A stretch of 64,000 nucleotides of DNA from an uncultured Methanosarcinaceae archaeon (GTDB taxonomy: Archaea; Halobacteriota; Methanosarcinia; Methanosarcinales; Methanosarcinaceae): positions 282,155 to 346,154 of the forward strand of contig CAVTET010000012.1 in NCBI GenBank assembly GCA_963733675.1, in the 5' to 3' direction. This document shows, one piece after another, positions 61,838-64,000 of the stretch (its first letter is position 1; the number at the start of each line of letters is the position of its first letter). The notes below the pieces were generated by a model that did not search any database, was not told the DNA's origin, and saw only the letters and a list, made by a program, of their open reading frames with translations. Both the position numbers and the translations under genes were made by a program.

Positions 61838-63826
61838 CCGGACTTCCGCAGCTCGTAGGCATTTCCGGGCCTGGTCGGAGCTGTTTCTCTTGGTCAGGGA
61901 TGCGCGAAGGCGCCTGAGGGGTGGGAAGCTGTAGGCACACGACTTTCGGCGTGTCGCTGGCGCTGGCCTGGCTGGATTGCTTGTCTTGTAGGCGTGTACC
62001 TGCGAGAGTCGCGGCGGCGGAACAAAGACGGCACCGTGGTGTCGTACCTGCAGCTGGCGCACAACGAGCGGCACCCGCGGACCGGCAGCCCGGTCGCCAA
62101 GGTGATCCACAACTTCGGCCGGGCGGACCTGGTGGACCGGGAGGCGCTGCGGCGGCTGGTCGCCTCCATCAGCCGGTTCCTGGAACCTGAGCTGGCGGCC
62201 GCCGCGGCGGCGGCTGGCGAGGTGGAGGTTCCCGGCTCCCGGCGGCTGGGCGGGGCCTGGGTGCTGGACCGGCTGTGGGAGCGGCTGGAGATCGGGCAGG
62301 CCATCCGCCGCGTTGCGGCCGGGCGGCGGCTGGACGGCGAGGCGGCCGAGCGGGTGATCTTCGCGCTGGCCGCGCAGCGGGCGCTGGAGCCGGCCTCCAA
62401 GCTGGCCGCCACCCGGTGGGTGGCCGAGCGGGTGTTCGCCGGGGGCTGTCCGGGGTTCTCCGACGATGCCGCCTACCGCGCCATGGACTTCCTGCTCGCC
62501 GCGCTGGAGGAGATCGCCGCCGAGATCTTCTACTCGGTGGCGCACCTGCTCAACCTGGACGCCGGCATCGTCTTCGTGGACACGACCTCCACCTACTGGG
62601 AGCTGGAGGTCGCCGCCGAACTGGCCGAAGTGGCCGGGGACGGCGAGGACGACGACGACAGCCTGCCCGAACAGGACGGCGCGCGGCTGTTCGGGCACTC
62701 CAAGGACCACCGCGACGACCTGCCCCAGGTGGTGATCGCGATGGCGGTCACCCGGGACGGGATCCCGGTGCGCTGCTGGACCTTCCCCGGCAGCACCGGC
62801 GATCAGAAGATCATCCGCAAGGTCAAGGACGACCTGGCCGGGTGGAACCTGCGCCGGCTGGTGTGGGTCGCCGACCGCGGCTTCGCCTCGCAGGCCAACC
62901 GGGCCTACCTCGCCAAGGGCGGCGGGCATTACATCCACGCCGAGAAGCTCCGCAACACCAGCGCCGAGGCCGCTGCGGCGCCGTCCCGGCAGGGCCGCTA
63001 CCGCGCCGTCGCCGGGAACCTGCGGGTCAAGGAAGTCTGGGTTCCCGCCCGGGACGCCGGGGCACGGGCGGAGCGGTTCGTGGTCTGCCACAACCCCGAG
63101 CAGGCCTGGCGGGACCAGCTGGTCCGCGACCGGCTCGTGACCCACCTGGAAGGCCTCATCGACGGCTCGGACACGTGGCCGCAGCGCAGGCGCGACGAGC
63201 TGACGGGCAGCTTGCGCGACAAGCCCGGGCTGCGCCGGTTCCTGCGCCGCACCCCGCGCGGGCTGCTGCGCATCGACAAGACCGCCATCGCCCGCGAAGC
63301 CGGCCTGGATGGCAAGTGGCTGCTGCGCACCAACGACGACACGCTCACCTCCGATGACCTGGCGGCCGCCTACAAGCAGCTGGTCGCAGTCGAACGCGGC
63401 TGGCGGGACATGAAGGGCGCCCTCAAGCTGCGGCCCGTCTACCACTACCGCGAGGACCGCATCCGCGCCCACGTCCAGCTGTGCTGGCTGGCCCTGCTGC
63501 TCATCCGGGTCGCCGAGACCGCCACCGGCGACACCTGGCGCAACATCCGCTATCAGCTCGAGCGGATGCACCTGGTCACCCTCGCCACCGCCGACGGCCG
63601 GGTCGCCCAGCGCTCCGTGGCCACCCCAGGCCAGCAGGCCATCCTGCACGCCCTCAACCTGCGCGAACCGCCGAAGTTCCTCGACTTCACGCTGCCACCG
63701 CCGACCTGACCAGCGGTCATGCGGCACCGGCGTGTAGTAACACGCCAGGATCAAGCCATAATGACGTCTGCCCAGGTCACGGGCCACTTTTTCTCGATCG
63801 CCTGCCTACCATCTGCGGAAGTCCGG
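61838..63826 (+). mobile_element. IS1634-family element with intact 571-aa transposase (61994-63709)
   Basis: VFVDTTSTYWE, GHSKDHRDDLPQVV, VADRGF, YKQLVAVERGWRDMK..LRPVYH. Perfect 14-bp IRs CCGGACTTCCGCAG (61838) and CTGCGGAAGTCCGG (63813-63826). Confidence 0.95.
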
Positions 63827-64000
63827 GCTGGGCATGATGCTGCGGGAGGAACTCCGCCGTAGTCACGAACATTGGGCAGGTCAAACCCCGTTAACTGAAC
63901 ATAGTCCGGCGTTTGGGCAGGTCACGGCGTGTTTTCAGTGCCAGGTGGCTAGCTTGGCGGCGTGATCGAATCGGGAAGAAAAGGGACGGGACCTGTCGCG

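Noticed and set aside
61703-63787. 694-aa minus-strand ORF and 360-aa alternative-frame ORF
   Set aside because: Shadows of the GC-rich IS1634 transposase; stop codons are rare at this GC content.

Overview
Bases 1 to about 59,450 are AT-rich archaeal DNA with a Methanosarcina-type gene set: methanogenesis marker 12, the MA1821/MA1822-type homocysteine pair, GGGP synthase, geranylgeranyl reductase, archaeal thrS, aroK, prefoldin beta, aIF-1A and L40e. The housekeeping genes are intact. They are separated by accessory stretches made almost entirely of pseudogenes, IS relics (IS5, IS6, IS200, IS481) and miniature repeats. The most unusual accessory feature (about 33.7-40.5 kb) is a decayed family-A DNA polymerase gene followed by an iteron-like array, an AT-rich tract and a small winged-helix gene. 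The array+wHTH unit recurs as a direct repeat, and the two copies enclose an oxidative-stress cassette (rubrerythrin relic, monofunctional catalase relic, intact GC-rich katG, Fur/PerR). Also present are two exactly 150-bp IS6-type MITEs, a palindromic repeat family, and two complementary arylsulfatase halves, one with an in-frame amber codon. At about 59,450 the sequence switches abruptly to GC-rich, actinobacterial-looking DNA with nested integrase, Tn554-like and IS1634 elements. This is most likely an assembly chimera or contig join, less likely inter-domain transfer. I saw no rRNA, tRNA or CRISPR array. All family assignments come from motif recognition by eye; no database searches were run.
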